NCBI GenBank assembly: GCA_034670345.1
Contig: JAXMNQ010000027.1
Location: 12,655 to 76,654, forward strand
Direction of reading: 5' to 3'
From: Paracoccaceae bacterium
GTDB taxonomy: Bacteria; Pseudomonadota; Alphaproteobacteria; Rhodobacterales; Rhodobacteraceae
DNA: 64,000 bases
Below are positions 26,697 through 36,130 of this stretch, piece by piece. The translations under genes and the position numbers were made by a program. The notes under the pieces are model-generated. The model did no database searches, was not told the DNA's origin, and saw nothing but the letters and a program-made list of their open reading frames with translations. Position 1 is the first letter of the stretch; each line of letters starts with the position of its first letter.

Positions 26697-27239
26697 GTGG
26701 TTTGGGAAAGGTTCGGCTGGCTTGTGGTGGTGTTGGGCGTGATCTGGGCGGTCGAGGCCGTCAATCTGATCTCGGGTTACGTGCTGAACGGATGGCTTGG
26801 CCTGCGGCCCCGGTCCTTGGGCGGATTGGACGGCGTTTTGTTCATGCCCTTCCTGCATGGCTCACTGGCGCATGCGGCAGCCAATACGGTGCCGCTGGCC
26901 ATTTTCGGCGGGCTGCTGGCCGTCACGGCACGGCGCTTGGTCTTGGCGGCGACCGCTCTGATCGTGGCGCTTGGCGGGCTGGGGGTCTGGCTGTTCGGCG
27001 CGGCGGCGATCCATGTGGGCGCGTCGGGGCTGATCTTTGGCTGGTTCGGCTTCCTCGTGGCGCGCGGCTTGGTGGAGAAGCGGCCAATCCCGCTTTTGGT
27101 CGCTGTCGGGGTGGCGGTGCTCTACGGCGCAATGATCTGGGGGGTGCTGCCGGGGCAACCGGGGGTCAGCTGGGAATCCCATCTGCTTGGCGGAGCCGCC
27201 GGTGTTTTTTCGGCCTATGTCCTGCGTGGCAAGTCGTAG
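26697..27239 (+). CDS. Rhomboid-family intramembrane serine protease
   Basis: FLHGSLAHAAAN, GASG (Ser), SWESHLLG (His); TM helices. Confidence 0.88.
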   Translation: MVWERFGWLVVVLGVIWAVEAVNLISGYVLNGWLGLRPRSLGGLDGVLFMPFLHGSLAHAAANTVPLAIFGGLLAVTARRLVLAATALIVALGGLGVWLFGAAAIHVGASGLIFGWFGFLVARGLVEKRPIPLLVAVGVAVLYGAMIWGVLPGQPGVSWESHLLGGAAGVFSAYVLRGKS

Positions 27240-27269
27240 GGCGCCCCTGCGGCGTCACGCCCCAAAAAA
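27239..27269 (-). terminator. Possible intrinsic terminator between convergent genes
   Basis: GGGCG..CGCCC imperfect hairpin followed by A6, which is a U-tract on the minus strand. Confidence 0.35.
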
Positions 27270-27327
27270 CAGGAACTGAGCCACCGCAGCGGCAACAGAG
27301 ACCGCGATTGTCTCCGGACCTTTTGCG

Positions 27328-28023
27328 TCAGTCCCGCGGACCGATGGTGGTGGTCAACTCGCCCAACCCCTCGATGGCAACAACGCAGGTATCGCCGGGC
27401 TGAAGCGGGCCAACCCCGGCCGGTGTGCCGGTCATGATCAGGTCACCGGGTTTCAACTCGAAAGACCGTGAGAGGATCGCAATCATCTCCGGGACGGACC
27501 AGATCAGCTCGGACAGATCGGCGTCCTGCTTGACCACGCCATTCACCAACAGCCGGATCGACCCGGACGACGGGTGCCCGACCTTGGACACCGGAAACAC
27601 CGGTGCGATCGGGGCGGAGCGGTCAAATCCCTTGCCCAGATCCCAGGGACGGCCCTGTTCCCGCGCCATCAACTGCAGGTCCCGGCGGGTCAGATCATTG
27701 CCGACGGCATAGCCCCAGACATGGTCAAGCGCCTCGCCTTCCGGAATATTTACGCCGCCCTTGCCGATCACGGCAACCAGTTCGGCCTCGTAGTGGAAAT
27801 TCTCGGTCTGCGGCGGGTAAGGAATTGTCGCGCCGGTTTCGACCACCGCATCGGCGGGCTTGAGGAAAAAGAACGGCGGGTCGCGATCCGGATCCTTGCC
27901 CATCTCGCGTGCATGGGCGGCATAGTTGCGCCCGATGCAGAAGATCCGGCGCACCGGGATGCGGTCCGCACTGTCGGCGATGGCCACCGTGGGGGCAGGG
28001 GGTGCATCAAAGGCAAGGGCCAT
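27328..28023 (-). CDS. Fumarylacetoacetate hydrolase family protein (fumarylpyruvate hydrolase-like)
   Basis: RRIFCIGRNYAAHARE, FFLKP, HYEAEL, DLTRRD, GKGFD, GDLIMTGTPAGVG; downstream of the 3-hydroxybenzoate hydroxylase. Confidence 0.9.
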   Translation of the reverse strand: MALAFDAPPAPTVAIADSADRIPVRRIFCIGRNYAAHAREMGKDPDRDPPFFFLKPADAVVETGATIPYPPQTENFHYEAELVAVIGKGGVNIPEGEALDHVWGYAVGNDLTRRDLQLMAREQGRPWDLGKGFDRSAPIAPVFPVSKVGHPSSGSIRLLVNGVVKQDADLSELIWSVPEMIAILSRSFELKPGDLIMTGTPAGVGPLQPGDTCVVAIEGLGELTTTIGPRD

Positions 28024-28112
28024 GTGGTGTCCTTTCGTCAGGTGAACCCGTTGATCCGTGGCCCGACCTGCTGTTTCTGTTTGGTCATCATACCCCGAAA
28101 CGGCGGGGCGGT

Positions 28113-29297
28113 TCAGCTTTCCAGACCGTTCGAGCCGTAGAGCCAGTTCAGCTTATTGTACCAATCCTCAGGCGACATGCTGCGCATCACGCTGTTGCGG
28201 ACAGCGGCCTGCGCATCGTCGGGGTGATAGATGTATTCGCCGATCAGCCGTGAGTTCATTTGCACCCGTGCCGTGCGCACGCGGCGCATGTCCTGATACC
28301 GTTGCAGCATGTCTTCGGTGTCGCCGCCGAAATGCTCTACGCAATGGGACAGCGCCACCGCATCCTCCATCGCCATGCAGGCGCCCTGCGCAAAGTATTG
28401 CAGCATCGGGTGCGCCGCATCGCCCAGCAACGCCACGCGCCCATCGACCCAGTTGGATATCGGATCGCGGTCACAGAGCACCCAGAGCTTCCAGTCGTCG
28501 CCATGTTCGATGATCTGGCGGGCCTTCGGGTGGATGTGCTCAAACCCCTGCGCCACTTCTTCCTTGGGCACCGGACGTCCGGCAATCGCCTCTTTCACGT
28601 CGCGGTGATAGGTGACGACCAGATTGTAGACCTTGCCGCCCTTCAGGGGGTAATGGACGATGTGGCATTTGGGCCCGGCCCAGAGAGTCGCCGCGTTCCA
28701 GCGCAGGTCCTCTGGCATCTGCTCTGTCGGGATCACCGAACGATAGGTGGTGTGGCCGGAAATGCGCGGCTCTCCATCGCCGACCAGTTGCGCCCGGATG
28801 GCAGAACGCAGCCCTTCGGCCCCGATCAGAAAGCGCCCCCTGATCGGGTCGCGCCCATCCAGCATCAGCGTTGCGCTGCTGCTGTCCTGTTCATAACCAA
28901 GAACCCTGTGGTCGGTGCGCAGGTCGATCAGGGGGCTGTCCTGACAGTATTTCAACAACACGCCATGCAGGTCGGCGCGGTGCACCACCGCATAGGGGTT
29001 GCCGTAGAACTTGCGGAACGGCTCATCCAGCGGGATCTGGGTGATATCCTCGGCGGTCTGGGCATCCATCAGGCGCAGGGCGTCGATGTAGACCGCCTTG
29101 GCACGCGCCTCGTCGCCGACGCCCAGATAGTCGAAGCAGTGAAAGGCATTCGGCCCGATCTGGATGCCCGCGCCGATCTCTCCCAGCTGTGCCGCCTGTT
29201 CAACAACAATGCTGTGCTGCCCCTTGCGGGCAAGACCGCAGGCCGCCGCCAGCCCGCCGATGCCGCCACCTGCGATGATGATGGGAAGATCGGTCAT
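28113..29297 (-). CDS. 3-hydroxybenzoate 6-monooxygenase (FAD-dependent)
   Basis: GGGIGG, GEIGAGIQ.GPNAF, GNPYAVVHRADLH, HIVHYPL, GDAAHPMLQYFAQGACMA, RTARVQ. Confidence 0.85.
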   Translation of the reverse strand: MTDLPIIIAGGGIGGLAAACGLARKGQHSIVVEQAAQLGEIGAGIQIGPNAFHCFDYLGVGDEARAKAVYIDALRLMDAQTAEDITQIPLDEPFRKFYGNPYAVVHRADLHGVLLKYCQDSPLIDLRTDHRVLGYEQDSSSATLMLDGRDPIRGRFLIGAEGLRSAIRAQLVGDGEPRISGHTTYRSVIPTEQMPEDLRWNAATLWAGPKCHIVHYPLKGGKVYNLVVTYHRDVKEAIAGRPVPKEEVAQGFEHIHPKARQIIEHGDDWKLWVLCDRDPISNWVDGRVALLGDAAHPMLQYFAQGACMAMEDAVALSHCVEHFGGDTEDMLQRYQDMRRVRTARVQMNSRLIGEYIYHPDDAQAAVRNSVMRSMSPEDWYNKLNWLYGSNGLES

Positions 29298-29344
29298 GTG
29301 GCGTCTCCTCTTCGGTCTGTTGGATTTTGTTTCATGGCAGATGT

Positions 29345-29395
29345 TAAGCATGCATATCAAATTCAGTCAACAAAAAAGATAAGTATGCATACTAA
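29345..29395. promoter_or_regulatory. Two related palindromic operators (TAAGCATGCATATCAA at 29345; TAAGTATGCATACTAA at 29380)
   Basis: Perfect AGTATGCATACT palindrome at 29382-29393 and a degenerate copy 35 bp away, in the AT-rich promoter of the hydroxylase. Confidence 0.6.
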
Positions 29396-29522
29396 ATTTC
29401 CCAAAGGCTGTGGGGGCCTCCGGGGGGGCCGTGCTTGGAAGCGGCGCCGCTTGTGGGTAGGCTGTGCCTGTCCCGCCTGCCAAATGGGGCAGGACGCTCC
29501 TGATACGGTGAGATCGACTCGG

Positions 29523-30332
29523 ATGGCACGACTATTGATCCTGTCCAGCATGGTAGCGCATGGCCATGTGGGCCTGTCCGCGGCGGGACCGGCGCTGGCC
29601 TTGTTGGGGCATTCCGTGACGGCCTTGCCGACGGTCCTGCTGTCCAATCATCCCGGCTGGCCCAGTGTCGCCGGTGCCAGGGTCGATCCCGACCAGATCC
29701 GGGCGATGATTGATGCGCTGGAGGCCAATGGCTGGCTGCCCTCACATGACGCCGTGCTGGTGGGCTACTTGCCGACAACGGATCACGTTGCCGTGGCGGG
29801 TGAACTGATCGACAGGGTCCGGGGTCTGCCCGCTCCGCCGCGCGTGATCCTCGACCCGGTTCTGGGCGACGCGCCAAAGGGGCTGTACTTGCCCGAGGAG
29901 GTGGCGACAGGGCTGCGCGATAGCCTGGTTCCCCGGGCGGATGTGGTGACCCCCAATCTCTTCGAATTGTGCTGGCTGACGGGACGGCCTGTGCAGACCC
30001 TCGACCAGACCCGCACCGCCGCTGCGGACTTTCTGTCGCGGAACGACCTTGCCGAGGTCCACGTCACCTCGGCCCCCGCTGGACCGGAAACGACGGGCGT
30101 GCTGCATGTCGCCGAAGGCGATGCACGGCTTTACCCGACCGCCCTTCGAAAGGGCGTCCCGCATGGTGTCGGGGATGTCTACGCCGGGTTTGTGGCGGCG
30201 GGGCTGTCCCCCGGCACAGCGCTGGGCCATCTATCGGCCCTGATCGACGCCAGCCTGAACGTCCCCCATCTGCGCATCGTCGAGGCCCCCGCCTGGACCC
30301 GCGCCAATCCCCTGACCGCATCGGAGAACTGA
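29523..30332 (+). CDS. Pyridoxal kinase-like (PdxY/PdxK, ribokinase fold)
   Basis: SSMVAHGHVG, LPTVLLSNHPG, DPVLGD, TPNLFEL, anion hole HGVGD. The real start is ATG 29523, inside the 690-aa track ORF. Confidence 0.85.
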   Translation: MARLLILSSMVAHGHVGLSAAGPALALLGHSVTALPTVLLSNHPGWPSVAGARVDPDQIRAMIDALEANGWLPSHDAVLVGYLPTTDHVAVAGELIDRVRGLPAPPRVILDPVLGDAPKGLYLPEEVATGLRDSLVPRADVVTPNLFELCWLTGRPVQTLDQTRTAAADFLSRNDLAEVHVTSAPAGPETTGVLHVAEGDARLYPTALRKGVPHGVGDVYAGFVAAGLSPGTALGHLSALIDASLNVPHLRIVEAPAWTRANPLTASEN

Positions 30333-30335
30333 CCC

Positions 30336-31418
30336 ATGGCATTCGATTTCATCCTGATGCTGACCGCCAACGATCGCACCATCCCGGACGCCCGCGCCCG
30401 GCTGGAAGAGGCGCTGGAAGGCGGTGTGCGCCATATCGGGTTCAAGGACGTGGGCCTGCCGATGTCCGACCTGAAAAGCCTCGCCGCTGCCATCCGCAGC
30501 GCGGGCGGGCGCAGCTATCTGGAGGTGGTCAGCCTTGATGCCGAAAGCGAGTTGGCCTCGGCCCGCGCGGCGGTCGAGATTGACGTGGATTGCCTGCTGG
30601 GCGGCACTCGCGCCCGAGAGGTGACAGAGGTCACGCGCCGCCATCCCCTGAGGTATTACCCCTTTCCGGGCCGGATCACGGGCCACCCCAGCGTGCTGGA
30701 GGGACCAGCGTCAGAGATCGTGTCCTCGGCCCGGGAACTGGCGGATTTCGAGCATGTGCACGGGCTGGACCTGCTGGCCTATCGCTTTGACGGCGCTGTG
30801 CCGGACCTGATGCAACAGGTCTGCGGCGCGGTGGGCAAGCCGGTCATCATGGCCGGCAGCATCGACAGCGAAGACCGGGTCGCGGCCTGTGCCGGGGCGG
30901 GCGCTGCGGGCTTTACCGTCGGCACTGCGGCGCTGTCGGGCGTGTTTCCAGCGGAAAGCAGCGGTTTTGCCGGACAGGTCCGGTCGATCCTGTCGATCAC
31001 CTCGCGCGCCCGCGCCCTGTCGACCGCGCCGCGCCGTGTCGCGCTTGTCGCGCATGATACCCGCAAGAGCCACCTGCGCGCCTGGGTCAGCCGCCACGAG
31101 AAGGAATTGCAGGGGCACCGCCTGATCTGCACCGGCGGCACCGGGCGGATACTGTCCGAGCTTGTGCCGGGCCTCAACATCCGCCGATTGCAGCGCGGCG
31201 ACCGTGGCGGGGACCAGCAGCTGGGCGCACTGATTGCCACCGGCGAGTTGGATGCGGTGATATTTTTCGCCGACCCCACCGTTCCGCACGGCGGCGATGT
31301 GGATATGCAGGCGCTGACCCGGCTGGCCATGCTGCATGATACGCCGCTGGCCCTGAGCACATCCGCCGCCGACATGCTGGCGGCGGCCCTGCTGCGGGGC
31401 AGGACCGCCGGGAATTGA
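30336..31418 (+). CDS. Fusion of an uncharacterised phosphate-binding TIM barrel and a methylglyoxal-synthase-like domain
   Basis: N-terminal part: IGFKDVG, YLEVVS, LLGGT, GLDLLAYR, MAGSI, GFTVGTA. C-terminal part: VALVAHD..K, CTGGTG, GGDQQLGA, IFFADP, DMQAL.RLA. Confidence 0.75.
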   Translation: MAFDFILMLTANDRTIPDARARLEEALEGGVRHIGFKDVGLPMSDLKSLAAAIRSAGGRSYLEVVSLDAESELASARAAVEIDVDCLLGGTRAREVTEVTRRHPLRYYPFPGRITGHPSVLEGPASEIVSSARELADFEHVHGLDLLAYRFDGAVPDLMQQVCGAVGKPVIMAGSIDSEDRVAACAGAGAAGFTVGTAALSGVFPAESSGFAGQVRSILSITSRARALSTAPRRVALVAHDTRKSHLRAWVSRHEKELQGHRLICTGGTGRILSELVPGLNIRRLQRGDRGGDQQLGALIATGELDAVIFFADPTVPHGGDVDMQALTRLAMLHDTPLALSTSAADMLAAALLRGRTAGN

Positions 31419-31510
31419 TTCACATTCCGCGCATAATTCCGCAACCGTAGACGGATCGTTTCCAATTTCGCGCCAATCTGCCTGCAAACCTCACAGGCAG
31501 AGGCACTCCC

Positions 31511-33682
31511 ATGCCAACAGTTCCCCTTCCGCTCGCCTTTGGCGCGGCGGCCACCCCCGATCTGTTCGGGGGCAACATCCTTGCGCCGCGGACCGACATG
31601 ACCGGCCCGGGCAGCTATGCCGAAGCGGTGCAGGCGCTGGGCGTCACCACCCTGCGCTATCCCGGCGGCTCTCTGACCGAGAGCTATTTTGACCTGGCAA
31701 AACCGGACGCGGATTTCGCAATCGAAAACGAAACCGGCGAACGTACTGACTTCATGCCGATTTCGGACATCATGGCCTACTCCGCCCAGACCGATGCGCC
31801 GGTCAGTCTCGTACTGCCCACCCGGCAGGAGCTTTCGCCGCGCTACTTCGACGACAATGGCGACCGGCAAGAGGATGTGGCCGAAGACCTGCTGCGCGAT
31901 TTTATCCGCGATGTGGTGACCGGCACCTATGGCGAGGGCAATGTCGTCAGCTTCGAGATCGGCAACGAATACTGGGGCTCTGGCCGGATGAACGCGGTTG
32001 AATATGGCCGGGTCGCTGCCGAGATGACCCGCATCGTCGATTCAGAATTGATGTCTCTGCAGGGGGCATACCCAGAGGCCGCCGATATCGAAATCCTTGT
32101 CCAGATGGGCACCAATTTTGGCGAGTCGTCGCTGGATGAGGCCTATGACGGGCTGACAGATCCCGAGATCATTGCCGATGTGAACGCCACCTACGGGTTG
32201 GACATTGCCCCCAACGCCCGCGTCGACTGGACCGAGATCAACAATCGCATCGTGATCGAACAGTTCGATGCGGCGGAACTGGAGGCCGTGGACGGCGTCA
32301 TTGCGCATGTCTATTCGCGCGGCTCCGACCTGCCCCATACACGGTATTTCGCGCTCGACCAGATCGAGGACACATGGCAGGCCATCGACCCCGACCTGGA
32401 AATCCACGTCACCGAATGGAACCTGCGGTCCGGCGCGTCGAACCTGACACGGGGTGAGGATTATGGCCTGTATCAGGCGCATGAGATGCTGGAACTGGTC
32501 GAAACCTTCATGGCCGAGGGCGTAGATGCGGCGCAGGTCTGGCCACTGATCCAGAACAGCGCCTCTTCGCTCAGCCTCGGTTCCGAATTCACCGGCTCCA
32601 CTCCGCCCGGAGAGATGTTTGCCATGCTTTCGGAAAATCTGCCGGGCATGGCGATGCTGGATTTCACCCCCTCCGAGGCGCGCGATGGCGAACTGGAGGC
32701 TGGCGGGCTGGAGGTGCACGGCTTTGCCGATGGCACGGACCTGCTGTTCTACATCTACGCCCCGCAGGATGCCGGCGTGGTCAACAGCGGCGTCGACATC
32801 AGCGCACTGGTGGCGGATGTGGGCGCGGTTCAGGTCAGCGTACTGGGTGTCGCGCCCGGCCAGAATCCCGGCGATACCGAGGCGGATGCGGTGGTCGAGC
32901 AACTGGCGGGCGGGGATGTCTATGTGGGCGGATTGATCGATGCCATCCTTGGCCCGGGCGAGGTCATGCAGGTCCGGCTGATAGACGTGACGCCGACCGC
33001 GGCATTCTGGGATGTGTTCGACGCAACGGGGGCCGAGACGACGATGCCCGAGATCGTCGTGCCGGAGGTTGAGTTGCTGCCGGAACCGGAAACCGTGATC
33101 GAGGGCGGCACCTCGGCGGTCGCCCCGCCTAACATTCTGCCACCCGGAACCGCCGTTGCGGCCTCGCCGCCGGACCCGGGCCAGACACTTGGGGATGCAG
33201 AGGAAGACGCGTTGCCGGACTCGGCTGCCCCTCTGAGTTCAGAAGTCGATACTCCGGCGCAGCCCGCTGCCGCGCCTTGGGTCGTGGCGCCTGTCAGTGC
33301 GGCGCCCGAAACCACAAATGCGGATCTGGCTCCACAGCCTGCCGAACCTGCGATCCCCATGGCGGATGATGTCGACTATTCAGCCATGGCGATGCAACTG
33401 GACTATTATAACGAAGACCCATTGCCGGTGGTCCAGACTGCGGCCTTGGCGACGCAAGGCACCACTGTTGCGGAACCGGAGGATGCGGCGGAGGAACTGT
33501 TGATGGTGCTTGGATTCAACACCGGTATGTCTGCGGATGGGGATCCGCCGTCCCCAGCGGAATATGAGCCCGATTACTCCGAAGAGGAGGACCAAGGCGA
33601 CGGCGGGGTGTTTGATGACATGGGGCTGAGCTGGGCATTGGCGCTGCTGCCATTGCTTGCCATGGTCGGTGGTCTGGGGTGA
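31511..33682 (+). CDS. Clan GH-A-like glycoside hydrolase domain with an acidic Pro/Ala-rich linker and a hydrophobic C-terminal tail
   Basis: LRYPGGS, FEIGNEYW (acid/base), VIAHVY, IHVTEWN (nucleophile); very acidic; ends MGLSWALALLPLLAMVGGLG. Confidence 0.7.
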   Translation: MPTVPLPLAFGAAATPDLFGGNILAPRTDMTGPGSYAEAVQALGVTTLRYPGGSLTESYFDLAKPDADFAIENETGERTDFMPISDIMAYSAQTDAPVSLVLPTRQELSPRYFDDNGDRQEDVAEDLLRDFIRDVVTGTYGEGNVVSFEIGNEYWGSGRMNAVEYGRVAAEMTRIVDSELMSLQGAYPEAADIEILVQMGTNFGESSLDEAYDGLTDPEIIADVNATYGLDIAPNARVDWTEINNRIVIEQFDAAELEAVDGVIAHVYSRGSDLPHTRYFALDQIEDTWQAIDPDLEIHVTEWNLRSGASNLTRGEDYGLYQAHEMLELVETFMAEGVDAAQVWPLIQNSASSLSLGSEFTGSTPPGEMFAMLSENLPGMAMLDFTPSEARDGELEAGGLEVHGFADGTDLLFYIYAPQDAGVVNSGVDISALVADVGAVQVSVLGVAPGQNPGDTEADAVVEQLAGGDVYVGGLIDAILGPGEVMQVRLIDVTPTAAFWDVFDATGAETTMPEIVVPEVELLPEPETVIEGGTSAVAPPNILPPGTAVAASPPDPGQTLGDAEEDALPDSAAPLSSEVDTPAQPAAAPWVVAPVSAAPETTNADLAPQPAEPAIPMADDVDYSAMAMQLDYYNEDPLPVVQTAALATQGTTVAEPEDAAEELLMVLGFNTGMSADGDPPSPAEYEPDYSEEEDQGDGGVFDDMGLSWALALLPLLAMVGGLG

Positions 33683-33689
33683 CGTGCCG

Positions 33690-34346
33690 TCAAAGCGGTT
33701 CGATCAGCTCCGGTCCGCTGGCCTTGTTCGAGTTCACCTTGGGATCAACCCGGAAATAATCCAGCGCGTCTTCGGGGGCGGGTTTCATCAGGGTCGCCGC
33801 ACCTCGGCCTTCTTCGCCCAGCCACAGCGCCCAGTCCGCCGGATCCAGAACAACGGGCATGCGGTGGTGGATCTTTGACATCGCGTCATTGGCGCCGCAG
33901 GTCACGATGGCGCAGGTCCTGAACGCCTGCCCGTCCCGTTCCCAATCCTGCCAGACCCCGGCAAAGACCAAAGGCGCGTCCCCTTCGGGAAAGATGTACC
34001 AGGGCAGGCGGTTGCCGTCCTCGTCCTGGGTCCATTCGTAGAAACCCGTCACGGGGATCAGGCAACGGCGTTCGCGGCAGGCGGATTTGAATGCCGGTTT
34101 ATCGGCAACCGTCTCGGCCCGTGCATTGATCAGCAAGGGGCCACCATTCGGGGCCTTGTACCAATGCGGCAGAAACCCCCAGCGCAGCGCCTGCAATTTC
34201 CGCCCGTCCTCCTCGATCACCGCGTGGATTTGGTTGGTGGGGCAGGCATTGTAGTTGGGCACCTCGGGCAGGTCATTTGCAGGCGCGGCGTCGAACAATT
34301 GCGCCATCGCATCGCTGGGCAGGGTGATCGCAAACCGTCCGCACAT
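33690..34346 (-). CDS. SOS response-associated peptidase (SRAP; YedK/HMCES family)
   Basis: MCGRF, WGFLPHW, INARAET, GFYEW, IHHRMPV. Confidence 0.95.
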   Translation of the reverse strand: MCGRFAITLPSDAMAQLFDAAPANDLPEVPNYNACPTNQIHAVIEEDGRKLQALRWGFLPHWYKAPNGGPLLINARAETVADKPAFKSACRERRCLIPVTGFYEWTQDEDGNRLPWYIFPEGDAPLVFAGVWQDWERDGQAFRTCAIVTCGANDAMSKIHHRMPVVLDPADWALWLGEEGRGAATLMKPAPEDALDYFRVDPKVNSNKASGPELIEPL

Positions 34347-34349
34347 GGC

Positions 34350-35543
34350 TTATAGCCCGATGCCGGAATAATGCAGCAATCCCCAGGCGGACAGCTCTCG
34401 GTCCAGCTTGCCCCAGAGATCACCAAAGCGCAGCGGGTCCATGCGTGACATCTGCTGGATCTCGCCCACGGTACGGCGGTTGTTGATCGCAGCCATCAGT
34501 GGGGCACATTCGCGCGGCAGGCGCATCTGAACCTCAGCCTCTTTCAGCGTGATCGGCAGCGGTCGCCCCTGCGCCACCGCCTGCGCCGGACCGCGCATGT
34601 CCGGGGTCGGAGAGCGAGGGATCAGCCCTTTTTTCGTGCCGCGCGGCAGTTTGCGCTCTTCATCCGAGGGGACGAGGTAGCCGGTGTGTTTCTTGATCGT
34701 GCCGCGCAGTTTCTCCGCCAGTGCCATGGCGGTCACATCATCCATGCCCTTTGCCCGATCGGTGATGCGCGCCAGGTCATACAGGCCGCGCGGCAACAGG
34801 CCCTGCAGTTTCCAGCCTGTGCGGTCCAGCGTGTCAATCAGCCGTTTGACATCGAACGGCGTGTCCTGCCCGTGCAGCAGCAAATCATAGAACCCGGCGT
34901 CGCCCTGCTTGTGGTCGTTGACATTGGGGTTGGTGGCAAAGGGATGCCCCTTGGGCAGGCTGGCGACCAGTTTCTTGGCCTTGGCCACGCGGACTTGCGG
35001 AGACAGCCCGTCGAACAGCCCGGCAAAGGCCTCTTGCAGGGGGTAGATGCCCGCCCGCCCATAGGGTGCATAGACCATGAATCCCATGCCGCCACCCGGC
35101 GCGACGGCAGCGCGCAGCGCGGCAAAGCCGGCATCGGGGTCGGGCAGGTGGTGCAGCACGCCGCAGCAGTCGATGTAATCGAAAGGTCCGTGCTCTGCTG
35201 CGTCCAGCAGGCTGCCGGTGACGAATTTGATCGTCGTCAGCCCGCGCATCCTTGCCCGCGCCTCGGCGATTTCACGCGAGGCGGTGGAGAGGTCGATGTA
35301 GGTGATTTCATGCGGCGCGCCCGCGCTGGTCAGCAGTTGCGCGATCTGGATCAGCGCATCCCCGGTGCCGCCGCCCGCGACAAGGATGCGCGTCTTCTGC
35401 GACCAGTCGCGGCTGCCCTCGAACAGGTAGTGATCCACCTCGATCGGATGTGAGGGAGAGCCGGTGATCAGGCGCTTTTTCTCTTCCTCGGGGTTCCGTT
35501 CCGGGTAGGGATAGCTCTCATACTGCTCCTTGACCGTGACCAT
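34350..35543 (-). CDS. Class I SAM-dependent methyltransferase
   Basis: QYESYPYP, ILVAGGGTG, IDLS, FDYIDCCGVLHHL; AAGGAG RBS before ATG 35543. Confidence 0.88.
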   Translation of the reverse strand: MVTVKEQYESYPYPERNPEEEKKRLITGSPSHPIEVDHYLFEGSRDWSQKTRILVAGGGTGDALIQIAQLLTSAGAPHEITYIDLSTASREIAEARARMRGLTTIKFVTGSLLDAAEHGPFDYIDCCGVLHHLPDPDAGFAALRAAVAPGGGMGFMVYAPYGRAGIYPLQEAFAGLFDGLSPQVRVAKAKKLVASLPKGHPFATNPNVNDHKQGDAGFYDLLLHGQDTPFDVKRLIDTLDRTGWKLQGLLPRGLYDLARITDRAKGMDDVTAMALAEKLRGTIKKHTGYLVPSDEERKLPRGTKKGLIPRSPTPDMRGPAQAVAQGRPLPITLKEAEVQMRLPRECAPLMAAINNRRTVGEIQQMSRMDPLRFGDLWGKLDRELSAWGLLHYSGIGL

Positions 35544-35616
35544 GCGCCCCTCCTTTGGTTGGCCAAAGGTTTGCCCCAGAAGCGCGCCGGGACACAAGGC
35601 AAGAACTGATCAGGGG

Positions 35617-35919
35617 TCAGCCCCGAACGCGGGCGATTTCCAACCGTGTCTCTGTCAGCGCAATGTCCCGGATCAGGGCCACCCGCGCGCTGCGGTCGGC
35701 GGTGTCGCGCAGCTCCCCTCGCAGGCGGCTAAGCTCACGCGACAGGGCCACGGCCTCTGGCACCGCGCCGTTGTTCTTGAGAATGCGCGACATGACCGAA
35801 TTATCGGGATCGTCGCAGCGGGGCAGAGGACAACCGGCACCTTCGAGATTGTCGAAAAGGCCGTCCCGCTCTGCCGTCTGGATGCGGTTGTTGATGAGGT
35901 CTATCAAAGGATGGTCCAT
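35617..35919 (-). CDS. DUF1992 (DnaJ-associated) domain protein
   Basis: RIQTAERDGLFDNLEGAGCPL..RILKNNGAVP. Confidence 0.8.
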   Translation of the reverse strand: MDHPLIDLINNRIQTAERDGLFDNLEGAGCPLPRCDDPDNSVMSRILKNNGAVPEAVALSRELSRLRGELRDTADRSARVALIRDIALTETRLEIARVRG

Positions 35920-36130
35920 GACGAATAAAATGCCACAGACTGCATCGTGATGAAAGAATGGTTACGGATCTGACGGCAGAAAAAACCCGTGCAATTCGGT
36001 TGATGTTACAAGCATTCCATGGAAACGCCGCGTCACTAACCATGTGCCGTAACGTGCCTTTCCCTTGCGCGGGGACGCAAAGCTTTCCACACTGGCCAAC
36101 AACAAGAACATGGCGGGAGGAGAGGCGACC

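Noticed and set aside
28260-30332. 690-aa ORF suggesting a large kinase fusion
   Set aside because: The first 421 codons are antisense to the hydroxylase and cross its promoter; only 29523-30332 carries kinase motifs.
30336-31418. mgsA assignment
   Set aside because: The MGS domain is fused to another domain and several phosphate-binding and catalytic motifs are altered.
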